A stretch of DNA of 64,000 nt, from NCBI RefSeq assembly GCF_009914755.1, contig NC_060926.1; one strand, 5' to 3'. The stretch is from the human T2T-CHM13v2.0 reference genome, Homo sapiens. The notes beneath the pieces were generated by a model, which saw nothing but the letters and a program-made list of their open reading frames with translations, did not search any database and was not told the DNA's origin. The position numbers and the translations under genes are program-made. The stretch's first letter is position 1. The number at the start of each line of letters is the position of its first letter. Positions 41,545 through 54,324 of the stretch are shown here, piece by piece.

Positions 41545-41770
41545 GATAGCAATGCATAATATTTAAATACATGGGTTCTGGATTAGGCTGGTGTTTGGAT
41601 CCACAAGAATGTACATCATGTGTACATTCTTAGGCAAGTTTATAAAATGTTCCTAAAGTTGGGCTACCATTTTGTAAAATGAGAATAAAAATATATATCC
41701 TATGCAGAAAATACTGTATATAAAGTATTTGAGACCTCGTAAGTAATCAATAAACATTCATTTTTGCTAT
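41545..41770 (+). mobile_element. MIR
   Basis: tgggttctggattagg...taggcaagtt...tgtaaaatgagaata. Confidence 0.65.
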
Positions 41771-42079
41771 TTAAAATTAACTAAAATTATACATTAATAT
41801 TTGTTATAAATAGTCTATTTATAATACATATATAGTTCTAAAGGTTGGGTAATTTGAAAAATGTTTGGATTGTTTTTGAAAGTGTTTAATGGACATGAAA
41901 ATTAAATTGATTAAATCTGTAGAGAATATATTAATATTATGATTATTTACCACAGTTTGAGTTCCAAACCAGAAGAGTCATGGTCTAGCAATAAAAGACA
42001 TGTGGCAGTGGAGAGGTATTCTTTTCTTGCCTCTCAAGCAATATACTCACCAAATGACAGTTTCCTGAAAGAACAGAGG

Positions 42080-42225
42080 TCACTATGGTGTGGTATAAAG
42101 GCTTCAGCTTGGAATCAAATCTACCATGACTCGAGATCTACCATTTGCTAACCATGTGACTTTGGGTAAATCACCTATCTTCATTAAATCTTTTTCCTCA
42201 TTTGTAAAATGGAGATAATGAATTA
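42080..42225 (+). mobile_element. MIR
   Basis: atggtgtggt...ccatttgctaaccatgtgactttgggtaaatca...ttcctcatttgtaaaatggagata. Confidence 0.8.
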
Positions 42226-42259
42226 TATTTAACTCAGGAAGAATAAAACACAAATATGA

Positions 42260-42341
42260 AGGGATTTCTGTTTCTGACTATAATTGACATAGTTGCAGCA
42301 GAATAATCTGGCACCAAAAATAACTGAGAAAGTCAAATAGA

Positions 42342-42387
<46 letters not shown>

Positions 42388-43478
42388 ATACACATACATA
42401 TATAAGTCTGTGTGTAGGCATTGGGAAATTGTGTAGGTAACCAAAATGTGAGGGTGAAGATCCCAGGAAAAAATGCAGGTCATTAAGATAAGCTCAACTT
42501 CTCCATACTTCTCTTCCTCTTGGGGCATTTGTTAATTTTCGGTATGAGTGGTAGTGTGAGAAGCCAGGCAGACAGCTGCCAAAGGGCAGGGGAGCCAGCA
42601 GAGCTTCTGAAAATATCATGAGGCTTGGAAGACAAACACTGGAGTTCAGGCCAAGAGGAAATCAAGGGCTTGGGGGACCAAGATCATGGAAAATAAAGAG
42701 GCATGGGGAAGTCAGCCTGACAGTCTCTGGTACTCTCCATTAGACATTTGCCAATTCTTTATTGAGCAGTGTCAGGGGTTAAGAAGCTAAGAAAAATTAG
42801 CTGAAAAGGAGAAGAGAGTTTTTGGCAGCCTCACAACACTGGGTAAACAAAAACTGGAATTCAGCACTGCCAAGGCAAAGAGGTCATAGTAAACACTCTA
42901 GTCTTTTAGTCTGGACCATTGGCAAGCTTCACTCTAGGAATTGGAAATAAACAAAAAATACACTGAGACTTAAAGAGACTGCAAATTAGCATTGGGTCAA
43001 ATCATTTCCTGGCTATATTAAGATAAACCCTTCTTACTTAACAGTAGGATAGGGTGAATCCTTATTGTAAGAGAACATCATCTAAACTCTATCATACTTA
43101 TTATAGAGAATGCCTGGCATTCAACCAAAATTGTTATTCCAAAATTGAAAGACAACAGAAACAGAGTTACAGGTTAACTGGATAGATTTTTCAGACATAG
43201 ACCCTAAGTTGACTCAAATGAACAACTTCAAATAAATAAATAAATGACAAAATGCAAATTTAAAGAAATCAGAGATCTATCTCAATGTTTAATAAAAAAT
43301 GCCCATGCCTGCAAAAAGAGAATAATGTGACTAAAATCAATGGAAAAATAGACAATAGAAATAGACACAAATGATGCAGCTCTTGGAATTAGCAAAGACT
43401 TTAAATAGTTATTAATATTTTAAGAAAACTAAGAAAAATATTAATAAAATAGAGAAAAATAAGAATTTCAACAGAGCA
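42260..43478 (+). mobile_element. Old L1M 5' UTR/ORF1 remnant
   Basis: Begins gggatttctgtttctg; A-rich strand with gaattagcaaagactttaaa-type L1M motifs. Confidence 0.5.
42349..42382. repeat. (TG)17 microsatellite
   Basis: Read directly from sequence. Confidence 0.95.
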
Positions 43479-43529
43479 AATATTCATATTTGCATATTAA
43501 AAATAGTGCTGTATTATATGAGATTATTT

Positions 43530-44735
43530 TCTTTAGAACAGGTCCATGCTTTCCTATAGCAGACTGAAAAAGTGGGAGCTTATCACTTTGATCTAATTAT
43601 GCACTCAGCTGAAGCCATCATTGCAAAGTTAAGGCTCGGTCTACTTCTGTTACAGGAAAGGGGACTCGATCCAGACCCCAAGAGAGGGTTCTTGGATCTC
43701 ACCCAAGAAAGAATTCAGGGCGACAATTCTCGCAAATAAAAAGCAAGTTTATTAGAAAAGTAAAGTGGTGAAAAAACTGCTACTCCATAGACGAGAGTAG
43801 GACGTTCCTGAAAGCAAGAGGAGGAATGTGTCCACCCTAGGGACAATGCTCATATATATAGGGAGATGTGCTCTGCTTCAAGGGTTTGTGATAAAGGGTT
43901 AATTTTCTTAATTACTGTATTTTGCCAGAATCGATATTATTATCTTTAAAGCAAAATTAGGAATGCTGTTGTTCTCCAGATATCGGGATATCTGGACACT
44001 CCCAAGTCTGGGTCTGTTTAGTAAACATTATTAATTTATTCCCCTAACCATACCATAAGCATCTAGAGGCTGGGAATGCCTAACTTTCTGAGAAAGCAGC
44101 CCAGCAAGTCCAAGCCTCATTTTCCTAGGCCTTACTCAAAATGGGTCGCTTTGGTTTGAATGCCTCTGACACCTCTGGTTCTCCCATATTCTTGAAACAT
44201 AACCCTGGGACTGAGACCAAGGGTATTCACAGGGGCCTAGCCCCTGTTGGGTCCTGCACTCTCATTGTCATCTACTCAACAGTATGGGACTGAGGAACAT
44301 TCTGCTCTACTTTTTAGATGTTTTCAGCATAGCTCTTTAATTTCCTGTTCTACACAGCTTTAGAATTTGGCAAATGTGTTGAAACACTGGCTGTGTGTCG
44401 GAGGACTGTAAAGTCCCCACTTTTGTCTTTCCAGCTTTAGAGAACTGTAAAAGTCTCACTTGTTGGCCATTCCCAGCCTTTCTCCCAGAATAGATCTTGG
44501 ATCCCTGGCCTGTTGCCCACACCAAGAATCTGCAAATCTTTTTAGGAAAAAAGGCAGCTACAAATGATACACTCACATTTCTTCATTTGTCCTCTCTTTG
44601 GAATCTCATTCCTTCTAGTTCTCATTGTTTCAGCAGCTCTCTGATGCCTTTAAGCAAATTTTTCTTTTTGTTTTATGTAGGTTTTGAGTTGATCTCAACA
44701 TGAGCATTTGTCTGCCTCAAGCTACTCCTTCCTGC
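43530..44735 (-). mobile_element. Old L1M 5' region interrupted by MER41
   Basis: ctctttggaatctcattccttctagttctcattg...ctctgatgcctttaa resembles reverse L1ME/MD 5' UTR. Confidence 0.45.
43648..44171 (-). mobile_element. MER41 (C/D/E-like) ERV1 solo LTR
   Basis: Reverse strand starts TGTCAGAGGCATTCAAACC; other end tgttacaggaaagggg...gagagggttcttggatctc; TSD cttc/cctc. Confidence 0.88.
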
Positions 44736-44739
44736 TTGA

Positions 44740-45397
44740 TTAGACTAATAATGTCAAGTGTTGGCAACAACATGAGGCAACTGTGACTTTCAAGTGTTGT
44801 GACAGAGTGTGAATCAGTACAACTATTTTGGAAATTGGCAATAGTATTCATGTCCCATTGTGACATAGCAATTTTCCACTAAGGACTGTACTAACCCACA
44901 AAAATGCATCTATATATTCACCAAAGGACATGCACAAAAGCCCCAAACTGAAAACAACTTAAATGCCCATCACAGCCGAATGGATATATAAATTGTATTA
45001 TATTTGTTCCAAAAGGAGAAAAAACTACAACCACCGTGATGGCTAAGTCTATGTGTCAATTTGACAGGGCCCAGTGGTATCCATATTAAGCATTATTTTG
45101 AGGTGTGTCCAGGAGGATGTTTCTGAATGAGATTTACATTTGAACTGGTGGGCTAAGTAAATTTCCCTCCTCAATATAGATAGACATCATCCAATCCATT
45201 GAAGGACAGAATGGAACAAAAGTTGGGAAAAGGAGGAATCTGTGCCTTTTGCTTCCTGCCTGCCTGCCTGAGCTGGGACAATGGTCTTCTACCCTTTGAC
45301 TGGACTTACAATCTCATCTTTCCTGGGTCTCCAGCTTGCAGATGGGACTTCTCAGCCTCCATAATCACGTGAGCCAGTTTCTCATAATAAATCTCTT

Positions 45398-45451
<54 letters not shown>

Positions 45452-45540
45452 GTTTCTCTGGAGAACCGTAATACAACCATACACAACATGATGAATCTCA
45501 CAATGTTTAGCAAAAAGCTAGACATAAAATAACACTTAAC
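44740..45540 (+). mobile_element. L1ME 3' fragment interrupted by MLT2
   Basis: caagtgttggcaa...gtacaactattttggaaa...gccccaaactgaaaacaac...gatgaatctcaca. Confidence 0.7.
45035..45475 (+). mobile_element. MLT2 (C/D-like) ERVL solo LTR containing (AC)22 at 45401-45445
   Basis: gtgatggctaagtctatgtgtcaatttgac...ctctggagaaccgtaataca; TSD accac/accat. Confidence 0.85.
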
Positions 45541-46544
45541 ATTTGAAAAAAAAAATTGCAAACAGCAAAACATCATATCCATAAGGAATTATTATTGCTG
45601 AAACATGCACTTAACAATGTATAGAATATTGCTAGGCCTTGGAAATTTTATTCCCTATAAATTTAACTCCTAATAATTTTATGTACTTTCAGTGAAAAAT
45701 CCATAAACTGAATTTTAAAAAATGCAAGATGAAAACAAAAATATACTGGTCTTGAGATAAACTTAGTAGTCAGTATCAAGACACTCTGCTATCACTACCA
45801 TAAGTTGCTTTTTATTTCTCTAAACCAGGAAAGCTGCCAATGTGTTCAACATTCCACGGCTTTTATCTCTACAGCTCAAATGCAGAGCTGTATATTTTTG
45901 CATTTCTTTGGCCAGATATATGTCTCTCAATTTTGTCACTTATGTTTGAAAGCGTTAAATCCTAATTTGGACTGCTTATCTTCAATCTGATAATTGTGGA
46001 GTTTAAGGAATGTAGTGGCTACATCACATGCCTTCTCTCAATGTTTTGACAATAACAAGTATCTTTTCCAATGACCAAATGCTCCTGATTTTGTTCTGTG
46101 ATTAGGCCTCACAGTACTGCACAGTTTTTTTCCTGCGCAATATTATTTTTACAAAGGGAATATTTCGAAAAAGATCTGAGAAGACAGAAAGACCTTGACT
46201 GAAGTTAAACAATGCCAATGTTTACCATAGAAAGGACTTAATATAAAGGACTACTAATACTTGAACACATCTCATAAATAAAATCAATTATATATGAGGC
46301 TGGTTTTTCTCAAAAAGACAAATTCTTAAGTTGAGGCATGTCAGCATGCTTGGTAAAAGCAACTTGTCTGAACCTCATTTAGAACTATTGCACATGAGAA
46401 GTTAAATATTTTTGCAGCCAGACATTGAACTTACTGCTTCACACATCTGGAATATCACTTCTTACACATGCTGATTTTTTTTCTTAAAAAAAGGAATGTC
46501 ATCATTGGATGATTTTTTTTTCACATAGAACTTCAAAAAATATC

Positions 46545-47800
46545 TCTTATTTCTTCTAATTTCAAACTGACTGAATAGTTGCAAGAATAGCACAAGGAAT
46601 TTCTGTATATCCATATAGTCACGTTCACCAATTATTTACAACAAACCTATCCCTTTGCTTCATCATGTTCTCTCATGTGCACACACACGCAAACATACAC
46701 ACGTATTTTTTCTAAAATAAATACATGTCTTTTATTTGAGAACGAGTTGAAGATATCATGCCCCTTTACCCCTAAATACTTTAGCGATTGTTTCCTAAGA
46801 ATAAGGAGTATTTCAAATTATCAAAACTTACCATTGGCCTGTATTATTTTCTAATCCACCATTCACATTTTTTTTCAGGCCAGGATCTAAAACAAGATCA
46901 CACATTAATTTGTCTGTCCTGTCTCTTCAGCCTCCTTTGATCTAGCACAGCCCACCAGCCTTTCTTTGCCATTTTTGATCTTGATATTTTAAAAGAATTA
47001 AAGTCAGTTAATTTGTAAAATATCCCTTAATTAGGATGTATCTAATGTTCTTTCATGTTGAGTTTCAGGTTACGCATAAAAAATGCAGGAATGCCATAGA
47101 AGGGATGTCGTGTTTTCCGTGTATCACATCAGGAGGAACATAATGCTGGGTTGTCACTGATATTAAGCTTGATCATTTCACCATGGTATCTACCAGGTTT
47201 TTCTCAAATATTACCCACAAATTTTACCATCTGTTGGAGATTTTCTCACTTCATCATCCCTTCTATATTGATGAGTTGGCATTCTTCTGTATGAAAAGGC
47301 TTTTACTTCTCTCCCATTAATTCATTTATAAATTTATTTAATTACTCTTATAGGGACTCATGGGTTCATATTTTAAGCAATGAGTTATAATCCATTATTA
47401 TCATTGTTTATTTTTATGCTCAAATTATCCAGGATTTGGAAGCCTCTACAAGTGTGCCCCTGCGTGTGCCTCAATGTGTGTGTGTTTACATATTCTCATC
47501 ATTCTTTGAGAGTTTTCTTATTTCTGGGTACATGTCTTTTTTTGAAGGAACCCAGGTTTCTTTGAGTGGAGAGTGGTATTTTCTGGTATCAGAATGGTAT
47601 TTTCTAGTACCATTTCTTTTAGGTACCCTCAGCAGAGTTGAAAAACTGTTTTAATACATCTATGCCTCTATATTTTAATGGGTATCTATATGTATATCTA
47701 TAGCTGTAAAACACAGGAGTTTATATTGATACCTCCAATTTCAATCTAGTGTCACAAGACATGTTCTAGTCTTCTAGTCTTCAATATTTATAGCTCTAAC
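46545..47800 (-). mobile_element. L1MC-like 3' end
   Basis: aatttcaaactgactgaatagttgcaagaatag...cccctttacccctaaatact...caggatcta. Confidence 0.7.
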
Positions 47801-48902
47801 ACCTCACATGGAGTGCATTTGGTTTTCCTTTTTCATTTCTCTCTCCGTCTCTCCTCCTTTCCTCCATTGTTTCCAAATGCACTTTATCTTTTAAAAGACA
47901 TTAGTTATAATATTGTAAAAGTCTCAAAATATTAAATCAGTGTTAAGGATGATCAAAAAAAAGTTAATGGTCTAAATACATGGTTTTTTTTCCATGAAAT
48001 TAGTGACTCCAATTTTAAATACTACATTTTGCTTATACATACAAGTTTGCTCTACTCATTATGTTGTAAATTTCTTTAAAATTTGTAAAAAGCAAATTTA
48101 TTTTTATTTTTTGTAAGATCATGGTTATATGGAGGTAAAAAATACTGTCATTCATTTGTGTTTAATGGAAACACATTCATAAGTGTTTCCATTAAGTGAT
48201 AGGTTAGGGCATAATGGATATCTTTTGATTTTGTCAAAGTGTGATGGAGAAAGAACTTCTTTCACTGAAATTGTCAACCTGTGTTTGTTCAATGCCTATG
48301 ATGCACAAGGATCACCATTGTAAATTTGCATCCATCAGAAATGACAAGAATGACCTAGATTATTTTTCATGAGTATTACCTTCCGTTGCCTTTTGGAAAA
48401 CAGACAAATACTATAGTCCCAATGTCTGTTCCCACCCTCCTTTTCGAAAATGCAATGCACGAATAATGGACTATGGGGTCATAAAAATATGTGAAAGTAC
48501 CAAATAGAAAACTGCTAGTAAACAAGTGTGAGGTGTATTGTTCTACATTTGGGAGGAGAAGAATGTGTCTGTAAGGAGATGAGGAGGGAATAACCCAATA
48601 GCCAGTTAAATAAACAAACTCTTAAATAAGGAAAACAATAAATAAAAACAGAGAAAATGCACTTTTGTTTTTTGCGAGGTTCGGCCTTTCAAATAACACT
48701 TGATTTGGAAGTAACGATTCCTTACCCATAAGCTGAAAAGAACAGAATGACTTTCCAGACCTATGCTTCAGAACAGACTGGATAAATGTCATGAGGAATA
48801 CTGGGTATAAGACCAGAATGTCATTGTAGCAGTTGGATTTATAGTCAGCAAATCCAAAATGTGTGTTTAAACGTCACAGCCACGTTGCCTGGTGCCACTC
48901 AC

Positions 48903-48976
48903 ATATGAGCAAAGGTGATTGAAGGTTTAGAGAGCCTGTGGTCCAGGTGTGGCCTGACCAGACAGAGAATCACTAC
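48903..48976 (-). ncRNA. Candidate 74-nt exon of an unidentified transcript
   Basis: Long pyrimidine tract TCTTTCTTTCATCTCCTTCTCAAG, donor CATAT|GTGAGT. Confidence 0.35.
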
Positions 48977-50204
48977 CTTGAGAAGGAGATGAAAGAAAGA
49001 TGCAGGAATTATTGCAGCACCAGAAACTGATGTCTCTGAGAGCTTGACACAGTCAGTGCAGACCACCTGGGCACCAAGTTCCACATGATAGAATGAGAAC
49101 CATGTCTATTGTTTCTGTGGCTGGACTGAACTTGTTTTGGGTTTTGTCTTTTTTTTGTTATCAGTTAGATGGAGAATACTGCTGTGTACTCCATATACTC
49201 CTGTGCAGAAATGTGCAAATGCCAACAGGCGAAGGGGAGAAACACTGAGAGAGGGACAACAGCAGAACAGTTGCAGCTGCAGGAAGGCCAGCAGCCTGGA
49301 GTGTTAGGAAGCCATACCTGAAACCTCTGGCGAAGGGGACGCCTAAGCTCGGGGCAGGATGCTGCCCACTGGACAGAGCCTGAGGATGACGCAGAAAGGT
49401 GTCAGGGCTGGTGACTTTACTTCCAAGCCCTCAACCTCACTCCTGCCATCAGATCCCCTGCTAGAGGCCAGCCTCTTTATCTCTTCAACAAGCTCTCATG
49501 CTGGAAGAAATTAATTCTCATTTTACACATGAAGAAATGGAAGTTACCATAGCCCCGACCATCCAATCTCAGGTCTGCTGGGCTTTCCACTGAGCTGTGT
49601 TGCTTTGTTGAGTTAGAAATGTTTATCATTCCTTTGGGGATGGAGGGAATTGAATGAGATTATACCTGGTGAGGGGCTTCTGGCAGAGACTGTCTTATAT
49701 TCATTCTCACACAAATACAAGGTCTCTATGTGTCTAAGGGAAGCATTATTAAAACAATAGCTGACTTATTTACTGCCCCCTCTGTGACATGCATTAACTG
49801 AAGGACTCTACATATATTAATACATTTAATCTTCACAGAAGCCCTAAAAGGCAGGTGTATCATCATCCCCCATTCTACAAGTGAGAGAATTAAGACAGAG
49901 GGGTTAAGTAAGCTGTCCAAGATTACTCGGTACATTGACTTGCCAGGGCTGCCGTAACAAGTTACCCCAAACTGAGTGGCTTAAACCACAGAAATTTATA
50001 GCCTAATTGTTCTGGAATCTGGAAGTCTGAGAGCAAGATGTCAGCAAGGCTGGTTCCCTCTGGGTGGTAGGAGGAAGGGATCTGCCTTTCTCCTTGGTTT
50101 ATGGAAGGCCATCTTCTCCCTGTGTCTCTTCACATTATCTTCCCTCTATTTGTGTCTGTTCAAATTTCCTCTTCTAAGTACACACATCATATTGGATTAG
50201 AAGC

Positions 50205-50428
50205 TGCTTTGGACTGAATTATGTCCCCCTACTGAGGAAAGTCCACGTGAGGACACAGAGAGAAGGCAGCAATCTGTAGGCCAAGAAGAGGGCCCTCACT
50301 AGAACCCAACTATGCCAGCACCCTGATGTCTGACCTGTAGCTTCCAGAACCATGAGAAAATAAATTTATGATGCTTAAGCCATGCAGTCTATGGTATTGC
50401 ATTATGGCAGTCTGAGCTGACCAAGACA
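50205..50428 (+). mobile_element. Internally deleted MLT1A-like LTR
   Basis: tgctttggactgaattatgtcccc joined to gtgaggacacag...gctgaccaagaca. Confidence 0.75.
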
Positions 50429-50452
50429 GATCCTCCTCTTAACTAATTGTAT

Positions 50453-50752
50453 TGTTAAAAGAAAAACTTCAGGCTGGGCTCAGTGTCCCATGCCTATAAT
50501 CCCAGCACTTTGGGAGGCTGAGGCGGGTGGGTCACGAGGTCAGGAGTTCAAGACCAGCCTGGCCAAGATGGTGAAACCCCCTCTCTACTAAAAATACAAA
50601 AATTAGCTAGGCTCAGTGGCAGGTGCCTGTAATCCCAGCTACTCGGGAGGCTGAGGCAGGAGAATAGCTTGAACACATAGGGGTAGAGGTTGCAATAAGC
50701 TAAGATCATACCACCGCACTCCAGCCTGGACGGCAGAGTGAGACTCCATCTC

Positions 50753-50783
<31 letters not shown>

Positions 50784-51193
50784 GAAAAACTTTAGCTGAA
50801 TTAAATTTAAAGTTTAATTGAGCAATGAACAATTTGTGAATCGGGCGGCCACCAGAATCATGCCTGATTCAGAGAGACTCCAGGGATGCTTCTAGTCAGA
50901 GCAAATTTATAGACAAAAAAAGAGGGAAGTGATGTACAGAAATCAGAAGTGAGGTGCAGAAACAGCTGGATTGGTTACAGTTGGTGTTCGCCTTACTTGA
51001 ACACTCAGCAGTCTATGAGCAATTGAACTATGGCTGCTGGAATTGGCCAAGACTCAGCTATTGTTACAGGCTCATGCTCCTAAGTTAGGTTTTCAATCTT
51101 GTCTGCCTGTTAAGGTAGGTTACAGTTCATCCACAAGGACTCAAATATGGAAGTATAGAGTCCTTCTCAGGCCATATTTAGTTCACTTTAACA
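50453..51193 (-). mobile_element. MER57 (A/B-like) ERV1 solo LTR
   Basis: Reverse strand starts TGTTAAAGTGAACTAAATATGGCCTGAGAAGGACTC; TSD gtat/atat. Confidence 0.85.
50472..50780 (+). mobile_element. AluSg-like inside MER57
   Basis: TSD aaaagaaaaacttca/aaaagaaaaacttta; (CAAAA)n tail. Confidence 0.93.
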
Positions 51194-52198
51194 ATATCTA
51201 CAATGACACCTTCTCCAAATAAGATCATGTTCTGCAGTACTGGGAGGTGACTTCAACAAATGAATGTTGGGGGGATATAATTAGGCCCATAACACTCAGC
51301 GTGTAAATTACAATGTCAAGATTGAAACCTAGGTTGTCTGGCTCGAAAGTCCTCACTCTAAACCACTCTGTTATATTGCCCACTAAGTAAAATAACCTCC
51401 TAATTCAACAACTATTTATTAAGCGCTTGCTGTGTACCTCTCCTTCCTCTGTCTCTGCAGTTCTCGTCTTTCCTAGAAAGGTTTTTCTCTGTTCCTCTTC
51501 GTCACTTCTGATAAAGTAATGCCTTTTTTTTTCTGATCAGTGACATCATTTTACTTCTTGTTTTCAATTAAGCAGTTGTTCACTGAAAATGTACCATGTC
51601 ACCATCACAAAAGATGGTTAAGTTATCATCACTTCACTTTCAAACAAATACTGGCCCATGTAGAAGGATGTCTGCTTGTTTACTTTCTGACTGTGGGCCT
51701 CTGAATATGCTAGTGTTCTCACCATTGCATTCTTGGTGGCTAGCACATAGTTAAAACTTAATAAACACTTGCTGAATGTTGCTATTTCAAGTGAATTTGT
51801 CAATGCAGACGTGTCATTGCCTATGGTCCAAAATCTATTTAATTGGTTTAAATAGGCCTCATCAGGCAAACCTACAAATATTCTCCAATTAGGATTAACA
51901 GACGCGTTATTCTTTCTAGTGAAACTGTCTCTGGACAAATTTAATAACCTTTCTCTTTTCATGAATGCATACATGTCACAAAGATAATGGGAGTTAAAAT
52001 AACCCATGGGAAATGCTTGCCTTTATAAGCTACAACTCAAAGAATGGCAGTATAGAGCTTGACTGCAAAATAACATACATGTTTGTGACAAATTAAGTGT
52101 TCTGCTGTGGACTAATGGACACAGCATTTAATGAGGTTTACATAAATGAAGGTGATGCGTAACTGACTTGAAATTAACTTAAAATGCTATAGAAGTTG

Positions 52199-52520
<322 letters not shown>

Positions 52521-52589
52521 TTATCACAACCACACCTGAATTGCCCTCCTTCCTGCTTCCAATCTTTTTTTTTTTTTCACTCTGTCTTC

Positions 52590-53120
52590 TAGAACACCGA
52601 ACCAACTTTATTGCTCTCCTACTTCAAAGTGTTGGCACGCAATGCCTACAGAACAAAGAACAAACTGTTTTGTTTTTCTCTCCAACTTATCTTTTATTGC
52701 TTTTCTGACTCACATGCAAAACCTGATATCCTCATCCGATTGTTCTAATGAAGCCCATAGAAGACTTCTCTGCCCTCTGCTGCTTATAGCTCTTTGTACA
52801 CTGGGCCAATGACTAGAATAAGTGACACCTGCTCTCCTTTCCCAGCCACCCCTATTAAAACCATCAAGGCCCATTTGAGTCATCACTTTCTCTGTGAAGC
52901 CTACTTTGAACTTCATCTTCTATACTAAGGAGAAATAAACACTCTTTCTTTCACATTTGTCTGAAATGTTGTCCATCCATATCTCTTTTTCACCATTTCT
53001 CCGCTACGACATAAACAAATTGAGGACAGGTGCCATGTTTTATCTCCATTGCCAGTATCCTGTTGGACGTGGGCAGAGAAACTTCCACATAGTACGTGCT
53101 CAGCAAATATATATTAAAAG
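52590..53120 (+). mobile_element. L2 3' region
   Basis: tcaaggcccatttgagtcatcactttctctgtgaagcct...cacatagtacgtgctcagcaaata. Confidence 0.65.
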
Positions 53121-53393
53121 GAGACAGGAAGGAAAGAAGAAGGGAAATAAAGAAGGAAGGTAGAAAGAATGGATAACGTAAGACACTTCAAAAAAAAAAA
53201 AAAAAATCAGTCACCCAGTCCAGTGCAGTCATCTACAGGATGGGAAGGAAAGCAGCACTCCTTTGCTTTTTCTTCTATAGATACAGGGAGAAACAGAAAG
53301 AGTTTTTAAAAACTAATTTTGATTAGTTATGAATGAATATCTACCTAAGTACAAGTAACCAAGTTAAAACAAGTTTAAAAATAGGAAGATGGG

Positions 53394-53726
53394 GGCCGGG
53401 CATGGTGGCTCACACCTGTAATCCCAGCACTTTGGGGAGTCAAGGCAGGCAGATCACTCGAGGCCAGCAGTTTCAGATCAGCCCGTCCCACATGGCAAAA
53501 CCCCATCCCTACTAAAAATGCAAAAATTAGCTGGGTGTAGTGGGGTGCGCCTGTAGTCCCAGCTACTTGAGGCTGAGGCACGAGAATCGCTTGAACCCAG
53601 GAGTTGGAAGTTGCAGTGAGCTGAGATTGTGACACTGAACTCCAGCCTGAGTGACAGAGTGAGACTCTGTCTCAAAATAATAATAATAATAATAATGATA
53701 TTAATAATAATGATAATAATAATAAT
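53394..53726 (+). mobile_element. AluS/J with a (TAA)n tail
   Basis: Full dimer. Confidence 0.92.
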
Positions 53727-54324
53727 GAGAAGTATTTGCTAATACCTGGGAATTATTTCAGCTTCTTCATAATATACTCAATAACTATGCATAACCAAGG
53801 TTAGACATTGAGGTGAAAAATAAAAATTCCTTCCCTCCCCAAATGTGTCCCCAAATCCAGATGTTTAGCATAGAGGTAGACAAAACATGCAGATGACTAA
53901 ATTTGTTCATTGTCCATTGATGTGTTTTGACACAATGGGTGAGGTTATGAGTCTGGAGTTGTACATAAAAGCCCCCATGCTTATTTATCCTATAGTTTAT
54001 ATAATAAGACAGTTGCCAGGAAGTGAAGAGTGCAACAGAGTTAAACAGAAGGAAATATAAACATGATTTCCTTTGAATAGAAGATATGGAATGTCACTTC
54101 TGATTGCTAGCATGAGAACTTTAAAATTTTCCCCCAGGAGAGATTAATAACAAAAGAAGAACTTTTTTAGTTCAAGGATACACTTAATCTTCCAATATGC
54201 TGGCTCAAGGCTATGCCAGGAAGACCTCTTCAAATGGTTTGTGGGTTGTATAGCTTTCAAGGATTGGTTATATTACTTTCTAAAAACAGTTTGAATTAAG
54301 AGTCTAGAATACCCCATGGTAAAT

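Larger units (their letters stand above)
49931..51294 (-). mobile_element. MLT1B-like LTR, interrupted twice
   Basis: gggctgccgtaacaagttacc...ttaggcccataaca; TSD ctcgg/ctcag. Confidence 0.82.
49760..51370 (-). mobile_element. MIR split by a nested LTR cluster (49760-49930 and 51295-51370)
   Basis: Core ...ggttaagtaagctgtccaagattactcgg resumes as ctcag...gattgaaacctaggttgtctggctc. Confidence 0.8.

Noticed and set aside
47569-47611. 21-bp imperfect tandem repeat
   Set aside because: Diverged slippage duplicate inside an old L1; ordinary.
51618-52007. 129-aa minus-strand ORF
   Set aside because: No recognisable homology or domain, and no supporting gene structure.
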